DNA of 64,000 nucleotides from Heptranchias perlo (taxonomy: Eukaryota): NCBI RefSeq assembly GCF_035084215.1, contig NC_090325.1:121954001-122018000 (forward strand). Direction: 5' to 3'. Position numbers and translations under genes: made by a program. Under the pieces are notes generated by a model that saw only the letters and a program-made list of their open reading frames with translations, was not told the origin of the DNA and ran no database searches. Below, piece after piece: positions 23,194 to 36,209 of the stretch (its first letter is position 1; each line of letters starts with the position of its first letter).

Positions 23194-26100
23194 AATAAAG
23201 GCACTGACCTCATCATCCAGCCCTTCTCGCCTCCTTTTCACTGGCGAGATCCACGAGCCCCGGGAAAGCATGCTGGAGGCGTAAAATTTAAAGTTAAGTC
23301 AAATTCAATTTATAAAGATCTACTAACGTCTCACAGGGACGTTAATTGATTCTAGAAATACCCACCCACCTGAACTAATTGAGGTCCTGACTGCAGTGAG
23401 TAGGCTACTCGCACACATCTAAAGGCGCCTCCGTTTGTGGAAGCAATTTCTCTGTAGAAATGATTTAGCGTGTAAAATATCGACATTTTCGAAGGTAGTG
23501 CTCCTTATTGTATGATATGAACTGGAAGAAACAACATTTTTAAATAGAACTAATCTCTGTGCAGTGAGCAGTAGAAATCTTTGGCACTGAGGGATTTTTC
23601 ACTGGGTCCAGTTGGCTGGAAGTTGTGTTGAGTATAACACTGATTTATCAGTCAGTAACGTTGCTACAAGTGACTTTTGTTGTGAATTAATCTTTTGAGT
23701 ATTTTTGTACCTTTATCTTCAAATGTATTCAAGTGATTAAAATAAACATGATTTCATATGAAGAATGTATTGTCACTGTTCTTCAATCACCAGCAAAACG
23801 GTCGTGTGTCTCTCCAGTAAATAAATTTAGTGGACTGACTAATAAAGAGAAATCTGTTCAGGATACACTTTAGACAATGATTGGCATCAACGAGGTGGGC
23901 AGGTTATTAAAATGGCAGGTGGAGGGAGTTCACACAGGGGCCTACTTTACAATCAAAACTCACGCCCAATTATGTCATTGGTGCCGCAATGCAATTTCAA
24001 CTCAGGGATTCGGTGGGGACGGTGGGGGGCGCTTCACGGGTCCAAACCAGACAGGCAGGTCATGGCGGTAGTCAGCAGAGTGGCCGGATGAGGCCATGGT
24101 AACTATTTTTATTTAACTTTTCTGAGGATTTGTCTGGGTCTCAAGGAGCAGGAGTGCTCCCTCGGGCCCAGCAAGGAGTCATTGGGCCTCCCCTGCCCAG
24201 GCTTTCTTTCTCCCTCCCAGCAACAGCACCTGCTTTCAAATACCTTCAGCCGTCCCAGCACTAACTTTATGCTGGGGGCTGTTCCCTTAGAAAGGATATG
24301 TTGGCCTCGGAGGGAGTGCAGTGTAGATTTACTGGAATGATGCCTGGACTCCTGGGGTTAAATTATGAGGAGGGATTACACAAACTCGGGTTGTATTCCC
24401 TGGAGTTTAGAAGATTAAGGGGTGATTTGATCAAAGTTTTCAAGATATTGAGAGGAACTGATAGGGTAGATAGAGAGAAATTATTTCTGCTGGTTGAGGA
24501 GTCTAGGACTACGGGACATCGTCTAAAAATTAGAAGCAGGAGTGAAGTTAGGAAACATTTCTATACTCAAAGGGTGGTAGAAGTTTGGAACTCCCTTCCG
24601 CAAACGACAGTTGATGCAAGCTCAATTGTTAATTTTAAATCTGAAATTGATAGATTGTTGTTAACCAAAGATATAAAAGAGATATGGGGCTAAGGCGGGT
24701 ATATGGAGTTAGGTCACAAATCATTGAATGGCGGAACAGGCTCGAGGGGCTAAATGGCCTACTTCTGTTCCTGCGTTAAGGGGAGATTTAATAGAGGTGT
24801 TCAAAATCATGAAGTGTTTTGATAATGTAAATAAGGAGAAACTGTTTCCAGTGACAGAATGATCAGTAATCAGAGAACACAGATTTAAGATAATTGGCAA
24901 AAGAACCAGAGGCGACATGAGGAAAAAATGTTTACACAGCGACTTGTTATGACCTGGAATGCACTGCCTGAAAGGGTGGCGGAAGCAGATTCAACAGTAA
25001 CTTTCAAAAGGGAATTGGATAAATACTTGAAGTGGAAAGATTTGCAGGGTATGGGGAAAGAGCAGGGGAATGGGACTAATTGGATAGCTCTTTCAAAGAC
25101 CCGGCACAGGCATGATGGGCTGAATGGCCTCCTTCTGTGCTGTATTATTCTATGATTCTTATTCTATCCCCAGTGACATCAAGCTCCCATTCAAATATCT
25201 GCTCCCATCCACCGGCCCTGATGTCAATCCCGCTGGTTTTGGGCAGGAGCCAATGCTGCACTATTCAAATGAAGCCCAGGAACTAAAATGGCTTGAGCAT
25301 TGCGCTCATATCTCCGTGGGAGTTTCTCTCCTGCACACACCCTGCCCAGGATGCCCTGATTTAAAATCACCCCCCGTAAGTGTTGGTTTCTCCAGAGTGA
25401 GCACTTGTCAGACGTTGTACTTTTATTGAAGTGAAGTATTGGATAACTGTAACGTAACCAAGTTCTATAAAAGTCTTAATACATGCGTGTGCAGACAATG
25501 TCAGTTTAGAGATCTTTGTTCATCACTGGCAGGATGTTGGTTGCCCCCCATTGGTATCATTGGGATTGTGGAATATGGGGTTTGGTTTAGCACGTGATTC
25601 CTGGATCTCAATGTTAACCCCCACATGATGGGTGGGAGAGAGTCGGAGTGGGGGGGTTAAAAAATTAAAAACGTGGATTGCATCCGGAAACCATCGCGTC
25701 CGTGCCCAGTGCCATTTTTACAGCGGCGGTTAGAGTGCCATGCGAGTCTCCCACCCTCGAGGGATGGGACATTTTATTAACATATTTAAATCAGGCTTCC
25801 CCGGTCCCTCAAAGAAGTCTTTGGCCTCCCCACTGCTTAACGCGGCCTCTATCTACCCCCTACTACGACTACCACCCACAAACGCTCTGTACTCTCGCTC
25901 CCTCCCTCCCGATGACTGCTCTCTTCCACCCCCCCACAAGCCCCATTCTGTAGCTCCCTCCATCCCGATTGCTGCGGACAGCCCCGAAGTTTCCTCTTCT
26001 GCCTCCTCCTGCCGCTGGTTTTCCCGTCCAGCCAGCCTGTCAATTTGGCCAGCTGACAGGCAGAAAATGGAAGGAAAACATTTTAATGAGGTGCTGCCGT

Positions 26101-28848
26101 TAAATTCGGCAGGACGTCCGCGTCCCCGGCCTTGCCAGATTTTCCCCACTACCGCAGGCCCCTGCAGACTCCCTTCCGCCCCGTTGATTTCAGTCCCCTG
26201 GGAGGCAATTTTACTCCCAAGAACAGGTGGGTTGGGGGCGGGTGGGCAGTAAAAATAGTTTGTTTTTGGAGTGGGACCGCATCTCAGCTCAAATGCGCTC
26301 CCTTCCGGGTTTAATCAATGGGCGTTTCAAAAACAGAATCCTGGAAATCCCGTCCCCATTTAAAGCCGACGGGCCAATGTTGAAATGGGCAATGCACCTC
26401 ATTGCAATAGTTGAGGCACTTAATGTTTTGTGTATAATAAATGTCAAAGGAATTTTACCTTACCGTTCGGGTTTCCCATCGTTTCTGATTCACGTCAGGT
26501 GAAAGCAGGCGGAAGGGACCGGATCCATGAGGTGAGTCCCTTTATTGCACTGCTTGTGGGCCCAGAGGAGCAGGAATCCTTCATCCAGACTCAACAGGCT
26601 CACTTGGCGTAATCGGACCAATGCAATCAGCCGACCCCTGCACCTCCCCATGGTGGACTCCCCGATGCTGAACCCCACTCCCCTGTTGCTGCTGCAAGGC
26701 CTACCTGATGTTGTCCACGTGCCCCCACCTCTCCCGACCAACCAATTTCTTCCATGGCCCATGATCTCTCTCTCCTTCTCTCCTCCCTCTCCGATTAACG
26801 ACTCCTTTCCCACCTGACACACAGCCAGCCTGTCAATCTGGCTGACTGATGTGTGGGAAACCCGGAAGCACAAATACCTACCTTCAATTGAGTTGTGATC
26901 GGATATCGTGATGCACTCGCTTGACTTCTGGGTGCCCCATGTAAATATCTACGCACACACTGGTTTCCCAGTCCGAGCTTAAATCATGCCCCACACGTAG
27001 CAACACTGAGATGGAGATCCTGATGTCTGATGAAAAGAGGCAGCCTGTCAGCTCAGGCAAGATAGGAGACAGCAGGTCAGGCAGGTATGGGTGTAGGACA
27101 GGAAGATCACTGGATGGGGAAATGCTCTAATCATTGAAATAAATTTAAAGGAGCTTGGTGCGATTAATGCAGGTAATATCATATTATTTTAAATTAATAT
27201 GAAGTGATATTTAAGTTAAACCTAAAGATTCTGGAAATGGTGGTTTGAGTTGTTGACAGCAGGGTCACTCTGAGTTGGGAGATTCAAGTCAGGAAGTAGG
27301 AGGACTGCGGTGGGGGGGGTGGTGTCATGTGAGAAGAAAGAGACAATCAGATAAATAAAGGAATCGGGTTAAAGATAGTGGAGCCAAGATTTGTGGGGTG
27401 GGAGAGGGATAAACTGGAATAGATCACCCGCAAGAGGCCAGGAATTTGGGGCAGAGCCTGGATCCAAGAGATTTCCATGTCCTTAAGAAGTGGCCCATGG
27501 ATTGATTGGGGTGGGCTGTGGGCAAACCTTACCTTCCGTGACCCGTGCCCGCAGTCAGCATTGAGGACATGTGAGGTGGTGTTCCCAGTCTGTGCTGTGA
27601 ATTCCACTCAGCATTGCTTCGTTCAGCTCAGTAGAAGCCACGTCTGATGAGATTAGACATTGGCTCCATTCTGGGCCTGGTGAATTCTCCAGACAACTCA
27701 AGAATTAAAGGTAATCGATCCCAGAGGGGATGGATATCCTCACACTGCTGGACTTTATCTTCCTGTGGAAAAGTTATTTTTAATTTTAATCTTTCACCTT
27801 TGGCTCTGTGAGGACCTCTGCCTCCCCCATCCCCATTGGAATGGCAGGGTGCAGCTCCAATTTTATGGCTCATCCTTGGGGTGGGTACCTCTGCAGCACT
27901 GAAATAGGTCAGGCAGCCTGCTTCATTTACTAAAAGGGATCCAGCCCTGTGATTTAGGACCGGGCCAACATCCTCACCCGTTGTCAAATAGGATCCTGCT
28001 CTGCTGCACTTCCAGTGGTGGAGCCAGGACCCTGGATTTTCAGGTCAGTTAGTTTCATCGTGATCGAAAAGCATTTCTGATAGGTGTGACCACCCACACT
28101 CGCTCCCAGTGAGGCTCCTGTCATTGATCAATTGGAATACTCAATCTTTCATCCATTTTTATATATAATGTTGAATACTCTGACTGAAAACGCATTGCAG
28201 ATGAAAATTCATCACATCAAACATCCACAAATATATCTGCACCATTACAGCTTTTCACAATCAGAACATGCACTTTTTAATTGAGCAAAGATGTATCTCA
28301 GCTGTGCACCTCATGTTATCAAGTTCGAGGATGGCTCATTTCCTGTAGTTCACAAGTTTCAGCTGAGCGATGTGTTTCCTTTTTATTATAACCCAAGGAT
28401 CAGTTCCAAGTCTGTAAGTTGACCTCGTCCCGTGGGTCAGATTATAAATGTGGAACTGGATTATTCTGCAGTCAATCTGAAACTGTTCACCTGGGGAAAA
28501 ACAGCTAATGTACGAATAATCATACCTTGTGATATGTGGATCTCTGCAAAGTCTCAATCGCATTTTAACTCCGTGTCAATCATGGCTGTTCGAATAAAAA
28601 CCAATCAAGAAAATGTCCGCTAGCAAAAGAATATTCTGGTTTGAGAAAAGTCCACTCTGCTCATCGAACTCATCACTATGGTTAATAAATTCACTCTGCC
28701 TAACATCCTAAAGCATCTGGAACTTGTCTAAAAAAAATTCTGATTCCATTACCCTACCTGGCACATTATTTGAAATGTTTATCATCTTTTGAGTGAAGAA
28801 TTTTTTTCTAAAATGTTTTAATATACTTTTTACTATTTTAAACATATG
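23194..28848 (+). repeat. Gene-less third copy (unit C) of the gene 1/2 3' flank, with an internal ~2.4-kb deletion
   Basis: Matches 6173-8532, then jumps to 10914-14193. Confidence 0.9.
24288..25166 (+). mobile_element. CR1 LINE 3' fragments (duplicate of 7268-8146)
   Basis: Same sequence and same insertion site as in unit A. Confidence 0.9.
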
Positions 28849-29357
28849 GGGCGCTAAATCGGGCCATATAGCGCCCATTGTTTCTGTGCTACACGGCCTC
28901 TCTGACATCCAAGATGGCGTCTTGGATGCGCACGCACATTTCCAGTGTGATGTGCGCCGGACGCCATCTTGGTATAGGAGTTAGCGCATGCACAAATACC
29001 GAATGCTGGAAGCATGTAAAGTAGGGAGAAAATGCGTGCAATCAGTGTGCAATGCTGATTTGAACACCATTTTGGACCTTAACGCTCAACTCAATGCACA
29101 TTCTTAACCCCGACCATCTGAACGTGTCTTACAGTGCCTGAAGGACCCCCCCCACCAGCGCTATTTAAAGGGGCCATGCAGATGTTGCAGGTTAGTTGCT
29201 GGATTGTTGCTTCTGGCTGCTGGTGGACTAGGAAATGTTTTTTGAAGCTCCCCATACTTATTGAGAGTTCTTAGAGTACATTTAAGAGTGGTTTGGCACG
29301 TACTGCCTTACGGTTCGGAAAGTTACAACCCATGGTTAAACAACATTCCTGACAACC

Positions 29358-30586
29358 ATGGGTGGTCTGCAAGGGCTCCCGCTGGGCATTGAGCATGACT
29401 GGGCAGAGGCAGAGAGGCCACTCACAGCAGGTCAAGCTGCGAGGAGACGGAGGACAGGGAGGCGCAGGGCACTGAGCAGGAGACCCTACCCAGTGAAGGC
29501 CTTCCGGGATCAATTCTCTTACCTCAACATGACCGAGGAGGATTGCATCCGACGCCTGAAGTTCACCAAGGAAGCCGTCACCGAGATCTGTCAACCGGTG
29601 CGGCCACAACTGCAGCCTCAGAGCAGGGCGAGGACAGCATTGCCTGTGGCTGTGAAGGTCACTGTGGCAATGAATTTCTACGGCTCAGGATCATTCAGGC
29701 CTCTGCTGGCAACAAGTGCAAAATCTCGCAGTATGCAGTGCACTGCTGCATAAGGGAAGTCACAGACGCACTGTACCAGATGAAGAACAGGTTCATCACC
29801 TTCCCTCTGCACAAAGTCAAGCAGAACAAGTGAGCACAGGGGTTCGCCCACATTGCTGGCTTTCCCATGGTGCAGGGTGCCGTTGACTGCACGCATATTG
29901 CACTGTGTGCCCCACATAGCAATTCAACCATCTTCTTCATTGGAAAGGGCTTCCACTCCCTCAACATGCAGCTGGTGTGCGACCACATGCATCGAATCAT
30001 GGAGATCGATGCCCGCTACCCTGGGAACAGTCACGATGCCTTCGTCATGCGGCAGTCCAACGTGCCAGTTATCTTTCACCCAACTCGGCAAGTCAAAGGC
30101 TGGCTACTGGGCGACAAGGGCTATCCCCTCACGCCGTGGCACATGACACCAGTCAGGAATCCACACTCACGTGCACAGCAGGCCTATAACGATAGCCATG
30201 CTGCCACATGCAACATCGTAAAGCACACCATAGGCCTCCTCAAACAACGCTTCAGCTGCCTGGACCGCTCTGGAGGAGCCCTGCAGTACTCCCCTGAGCA
30301 GGTGGGCAGATTTGTGGTGGTCTGCTGCATGCTGCACAACCTCGCCATCATGAGGGACCAGCCTTTGCCACCAATGATTGGAGAAGACCCTGAGCCAGAG
30401 GTGGAGGAGGAGGAGGCTGAGGAGGAAGAGGCGGAGGAGCAGGAGGAGGAAGAGGCTGAGGAGGAGGAGGAGGAGGGGGTAGAGCCAGAAGAGGAAGTGG
30501 AGGAAGACGCAAGGGTGCAGCAGGAACCACACGCCTTGTCCGCAAGGGCTGTGCGTGCTCGCCTGATCCGTGCCCGCTATCAATAA
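29358..30586 (+). pseudogene. Harbinger (HARBI1-like) DDE transposase, disrupted
   Basis: Motifs VKVTVAMNFYGSGSF, GAVDCTHI, KGFHSLNMQLVCD, YPGNSHDAF, LLGDKGYP, LKQRFSCLD and CCMLHN. There is a frameshift near 29697 and a TGA at 29831-29833. The third catalytic residue position reads K (NIVKHTIG). Glu-rich tail. Confidence 0.92.
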
Positions 30587-30781
30587 TTGGAACTACATCC
30601 CCCAACTCACCAACAGTCCTACACTCCCCACCTTTCCCATCACAAGGCAATCAAATCGCTCTCCATCTGATTGTACATTGGTGTCCCTCTCAGCTCATTG
30701 CATAAATAAAAACCACCACCAAATGCAAATTCAAAGTTTCATTTATCAATGAATAAATGAAATTATGCAAACATAACAGAA

Positions 30782-32715
30782 CTATTCACCCTTGTACATT
30801 CCCTTAGTGCCTTTTGTTCGTGTGCCTTTACCTATCCTAGTGCTCCTATGAGGTGATTCCCCGGTGGCTGGAGCATGGGTGGTGGAAGGCTGCTGGCTTT
30901 CAATGCAGGAACGTCCAGATGGCCTTGGAGGACGACTGCGAGCAGCTCTGGGCCTGGAGGGCCCGGCTTCAGACAGCACCATCTCATCATGGGCTGCATC
31001 AGTCTGGCCTGGCTGGCCGATAGGCAACAACAGGGGCACTGGGGGAGTGGCAGGGGTGGGAACAGGAATGCTGTCGTCCTGAGAGAGGACAGCAGGTCCG
31101 ACTGCCATGGCGCCACTGCCACTCTCCCAGGGCAGCGCCTCAGCACTCCTGGTGATCGGCTGGAGAACGGATTGCTGGAGTGCTGTGATGCCCTGGAAGC
31201 CCCTTTCCACAGTGGTCCCCAGAGCCACGATAGCAGTAGTCTGAGCTTCCAAGGCAGCAGTCTGAGCTCCAAATGCAGCAGTCAGATCTTGGATGGCAGA
31301 TGTTTGTGATGCAATGGAAGCTGTGACATCAGTCATCAGATGCTGCATCATGGTGGGTTCCACATGTGCGCTGATGGAGGTGACCACCCGTTCCATGTCG
31401 GAAAGGATAGGCTCCAAGCTCTGCACAAAGCCCTGCGCCAAGTTGGAGCTGGAGCTGGACTCCTCCATGCCCCTTCTCATTGTGCGCAGGCTTTCTGGAA
31501 GGTTTTCCAGTGCCCCAAGCATTTGGTGGTGTACGCCCATCAGCCGTCTTCTGTGACATGGCCCATCGAAGTCCTCACCTGACTCCTCTGCAGCAGAACT
31601 AGTGAGCGACCTCGCCCTCTGGTGAGCTGGCACCTGTGGTATCCGTTCCCCCTGCCTCGGCTCCTGCGCACTTGTGCTCGGTGTCTCACCACGTGCAGAT
31701 CCCTCCTCTAACCTAGCCTATAAAGGATGCGCAGTATCAGTCTCTGAGCTGGTGGAAGCAAGTGTCAGATCGAGTGACGGTGTGGCTTCAGCATCCCCCT
31801 CCTCCTCCTCCTCCTCCTCCTCCTCGGATGTTGCTGCCACGTGTTCTTGGGTATCTGCGATGACAAAGGGAAACAGGTTGAGTTGTGGAGTGGAGAGAGG
31901 AGCAAGTAAGATGTGCGGTCTGACAGCATCTGCAGCACGTGATTCCGAAAAGATTATGGGAGGAGAGAGATGTGGGAAAGGAGAAGGAGCATTAGATAGG
32001 CAGAGACCCCTTTCATTGGGACCTCCAGCATGGCATGTTGTCACGGCTGCAGTGACGGCCTGCCCAACGATCCTGAGCACAGTCTCCTCTGGGGGGGGTT
32101 AGGATGTGTAAGCCCATCAACCCTCAGGTCCCTCCTGCTGCCGGCTGTTATGCACCACCTTCTCCGGCAAGACAGAGGTCAGTGTGTCAGTGAGTGTCCT
32201 GCAAGGTGTGTGGGTGATGTGCCTGTCATGGTCGAATAGCTTCCAGTTTGTGTGACCTGTGAGTGGTGGTTATGTGGCCTGCAAGTGTGGTACTATGTGC
32301 AGGTGAGATGCAGCAATCCGAGAGCAGCATTGCATATGGATGGGCAGTGTTTGTTGGTGGGTGGTTGAGGGGGAGTGTGATGTGTGCAGCAATGCTACAG
32401 TTGGTAGGATGTGCCACTTGACACTTGCATTCACTCACCTTGACCACTCGTGTCAAATCATTGAACTTCTTTCTGCACTGCACCCACATGCGTGGTGCAA
32501 TGCACCTGGCGTTGACTTCCTGCGCCACAGCCTGCCAATGCCTGCAGAGCTGCAGACTGGAGGGTCTCCTGCCACCCTGCGGGTACATGTTGGCCCTCCT
32601 TTCATTCACGCCTTCCACCAGTGCCTCCAGAGCATCATCGGAGAAGCATGGTGCCCTCTCTCGTGCCGGTCCTGCTATCCTCTTGGCCCTCTTTCCCTTC
32701 TCCTAGTAAGCTGCA
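30782..32715 (-). pseudogene. Harbinger Myb/SANT-like (trihelix) DNA-binding protein gene, spliced and disrupted
   Basis: RERAPCFSDDALEALVEGV...WQAVAQEVNA...WVQCRKKFNDL, followed by a GTGAGT donor at 32438. The next exon (EKVVHN, from 32164) has a mutated CCG acceptor. An acidic tract and a heptad-rich, Pro/Ser-rich last exon (30782-31633) follow. Confidence 0.85.
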
Positions 32716-34186
32716 TCTTTAAGAGCTGCAGGCTGCTGATGACGTGCACTGTGCAGGCCCCATTTCCAACTTCCTCATTCTCCGTGCAGCCTCTCAGCAC
32801 GGTGGCGCTGGCTGCACGGAGATGTCATGGTAAGTAGCAGGCAGCATGAAGTTCACATGTGGCCTGCGTAGGGGCCATTGGGCGCTGGGTACTAGTGCAT
32901 CACGCTACCCGCGCCCGAAAACGACCCTTATCGAACTATTCCGCCGTGTTCTCCTATTCTGCCGTCCTGACTGGCCTTCCAGCAATATTATGGGTTTACC
33001 TTAATTATGCCATTTAATATTGCAGAAATATCAGCTAGATCTCTCCTTAACCAAAGTGTGGGCTTTGTGAGCTGTAACTAATATACCACTACCCTCCTTA
33101 TAACAGCATTTGATTTAATACAGCCCTTACTGTAATAACAACTGAAATGTGTGAAATCTCAGTGAAATACATCCTGATATTCCAGTACTCGACTGTAACA
33201 TACATTTACAACAGTTTCTGCTGGAGCATGTAGGGACTATGAGATTCTCTCGCACAGGAACTATACACAGTAAAATGTTCTCTCTATAGCTAGCATGTCT
33301 CTATAAAAACTCCCTCATGTGTACGACCTTAGTTATCACATTCTCATACTTCATGACACCTGATGTCTATTCTCTCTAATGTTGAAATAAAGAAATATAA
33401 AACACCTTGCGCAGTTGTAACTATGACCCACATACAATTTGATAAATTAAGAACTGGATACATTACTGCATGTCTCGCATCTTCCTTTACTGGGAAACAT
33501 TTCATACATTAGAATTTAAGCAATAATATTACAATAAAGTGATTTTCTTGATGAATCAATGATTTGATTAAAGGCATGATTCAAACTGGACATACTTAAA
33601 CAGGAGCGAGATATGAAATTACAGGGCAGTCAGCCCTACATCTCTGTTGGGGGAAGTGCTCGAGAATTTTATGGGATAAATTCCTTGAAGGAGTAACTAA
33701 ATCTGTGGCTGAATGCTATTTGAATGGTCTCTAAAGGGCTAATTCCCTGATTGGGTGCTCCCGGGTGAGGTATGTTGCTGGCAAGGACCATCTGTGGGAA
33801 ATCAGGGACCAACAGTTTGTGATTTTCCATTCATTTAAATTAACATTGCTTCTCACTGGGAGAGTGAGATCAACACATCTTCCCCTAAGGATCATCATTC
33901 TCAGCCAAATAATTATTCCTCCAATCTCCCATTAAGTAATAGTAATATAATGACCTCTGTATATTTTTGTGTAGGGGAGTCACTACCTAACCACATTCTG
34001 TACTGTATCTATTGTGTCAATGTTCACTTGCTCTCCTGGTACTGCATCTCACTCGAAGAAAGCTGGTTCAGAAAATCCTTTGCAACGGACATCGCTCCTG
34101 ATTTGCTGTGCTCCCAATCTTCAAGTCATTAAAATTATCCTTGTATCAATGGTCACTCGTTGAGAACAGTTGACAATAGTCCATTC

Positions 34187-34548
34187 CAGAGAACGTGAGT
34201 TCAAATCCCACCATGGCAATTTGAGAATACAAAATCTTGCAAAGCTATCGGATTGTCGTAAAAACCCAAATAGTTCATTAATATCCTTCAGGGAAGGAAA
34301 CCTGTCATCCTTACCCGGTCTGGCCTATCTGTGATTCCAGTCCCACACCAAGATGGTTGACTCTTAACTGGCTTCTGAAGTGGCTTAGCAAGTTACTCAG
34401 TTGTATCAAACCGCTAAAATACAGTACCTCATGGACTGCAAGTGGTAAAAGAAGACCCACTACCACCTTCTCAGGGCAACTAAAAATGGGCCATAAATGC
34501 CCGCCTTGCCAGCGACACCCACATCCTGAGAGTAAATAATAAAAAAAG
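34187..34548 (+). mobile_element. HE1-like shark SINE (duplicate at 37451-37812; tail fragments ~2160-2260 and ~15625-15725)
   Basis: tRNA B-box-like GAGTTCAAATCC. The 3' tail CACCTTCTCAGGGCAACT...AATAAATGC...CACATCC is shared with the LINE at 50619-52829. Family name recalled, not searched. Confidence 0.7.
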
Positions 34549-35623
34549 ACTAGAAGTTACCATTGATGAAGTTATCCTGTGAACACTTAATGAGCGTTTA
34601 GCAAATTCTTCTCTCCTGTATCTCAATCAAAAAGTTAACCCATTTAAAATATAAAGATTTATAGCATTAAAACAGCAGAGAGAAAAATATGATATCACGC
34701 TGACAATTATTTACTGGCTAATATATCTAAGTTGCACTGTCTTAGCTTTGTTATTTCTGAAAGAAAATTTGTTTGGAAACAGTAAAGAAGGCAAAAAAAA
34801 AATGCACCAGACATGCAAGAAAACATCTCTGTGGGTGGAACAATATTTGAAGTTATTTTTATTCTTGAGTTGGAGCTGCTACATCATCAGGTTGAAAATT
34901 CATTGCAACTGCAACCAACTTTAGAATTAGATTTCCCTACATTACACTTCAAAAGTACTGTATTGATCATCCTGAGGTTTTGTACGGTGCTGGAGAAATG
35001 TAAATCCTTTCCTAGCCTTTAGATTTACATTATTGCAACTCTTTCCAAACTTGGAGCGTTTAAGTCCAAAAATTCACACTATAAAGTACAACCAGTGAAA
35101 GTGAGAGATGTTTCTTGTAAATCATAGACATTAGTCCCATTGTCTGGTCTGTGTTTTCTCTTTAAACAGTGATAAAGATCAGTGTTAAAAATACATTGAG
35201 GGGTTCCCCAGTGAGTCAGGTGTAAGATCTGGAACTGGATTATTCTACAGCTCATCTCTTGCTACTTGCTTGGGGAAAAACATTAAAAAGCATCAAATTA
35301 GGTGGGCTTTGATCTTATCAATGTTTTACTGTCCGTCATTAACAGTTGTGTAAAAATAAAAGGAAGATATACTATCAACGCCACTCCACAGTAAGGACTT
35401 GATTAGATGATCTTTGACATTAAAAAAAATTGTCCTTGAGGTTGCAGTTAAATATTTAAAATCTACACTTATAAACATATTACCACCTATCACAATCAAT
35501 TATCTGCCTGTTGCTGCTGTAAGCTATACAAAAGGTTTGAATATATTTAGAATAACAAGAGTTAAAGAACAAAACCAAAACACTGTGGATGCTGTAATCT
35601 GAAATAAAAACTGAACATGCATG

Positions 35624-36209
35624 GAGCAGTGATTCAATTGGTAGGATGTGCCACTTGACACTTGCATTCACTCACCTTGACCACTTGTGTCAATTCATTG
35701 AACTTCTTTCTGCACTGCACCCACGTAGGTGGTGTCATGCTCCTGGTGTTGACTTCCTGCGCCACAGCCTGCCAATGCCTGCGAAGCTGCAGTCTGGAGG
35801 GTCTCCTGCCACCCTGCGGGTACATGTTGGCCCTCCTTTCGTCCACGCCTTCCACCAAGGCCTCCAGAGAATCATCGGAGAAGCATGGAGCCCTCTCTCG
35901 TGCCGGTCCTGCTATCCTCTTGGCCCTCTTTCCCTTCTCCTAGTAAGCTGTGTACCTGCCATTTGAAATGTGCACCTGCATCTTTAAGAGCTGCAGGCTG
36001 CTGATGACGTGCACTGTGCAGGCCCCATTTCCAACTTCCTCATTCTCCGTGCAGCCTCTCAGCACGGTGGCGCTGGCTGCACGGAGATGTCATGGTAAGT
36101 AGCAGGCAGCATGAAGTTCACATGTGGCCTGCGTAGGGGCCATCGGGCGCTGGGTACTAGTGCATCACGCTACCCCGCCCGAAAACGACCCTTATCGAAC
36201 TATTCCGCC
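35624..36209 (+). mobile_element. Second, partial Harbinger right end including Myb exon 1
   Basis: Homologous to ~32385-32945, with the same end and flank (TATTCCGCC-GTGTTCTCC). Confidence 0.88.

Larger units (their letters stand above)
28849..32945 (+). mobile_element. PIF/Harbinger DNA transposon, apparently full length (4097 bp) but decayed
   Basis: The empty site ACAT-ATG-TTCTCC at ~14190 compares with the filled site ACAT-ATG[GGGCG...CCGCC]GTG-TTCTCC, an imperfect 3-bp TSD. It carries convergent transposase and Myb/SANT genes. Confidence 0.92.

Noticed and set aside
30398-30505. (GAG)-rich repeat as an independent microsatellite
   Set aside because: It encodes the acidic tail of the transposase.
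29867-30586. Intact domesticated HARBI1 gene
   Set aside because: There is an upstream frameshift and stop, the catalytic Glu is replaced by Lys, and it lies within a transposon with a visible empty site.
30782-31633. 283-aa stand-alone novel coiled-coil protein
   Set aside because: Its position and orientation fit the last exon of the Harbinger Myb-like gene.
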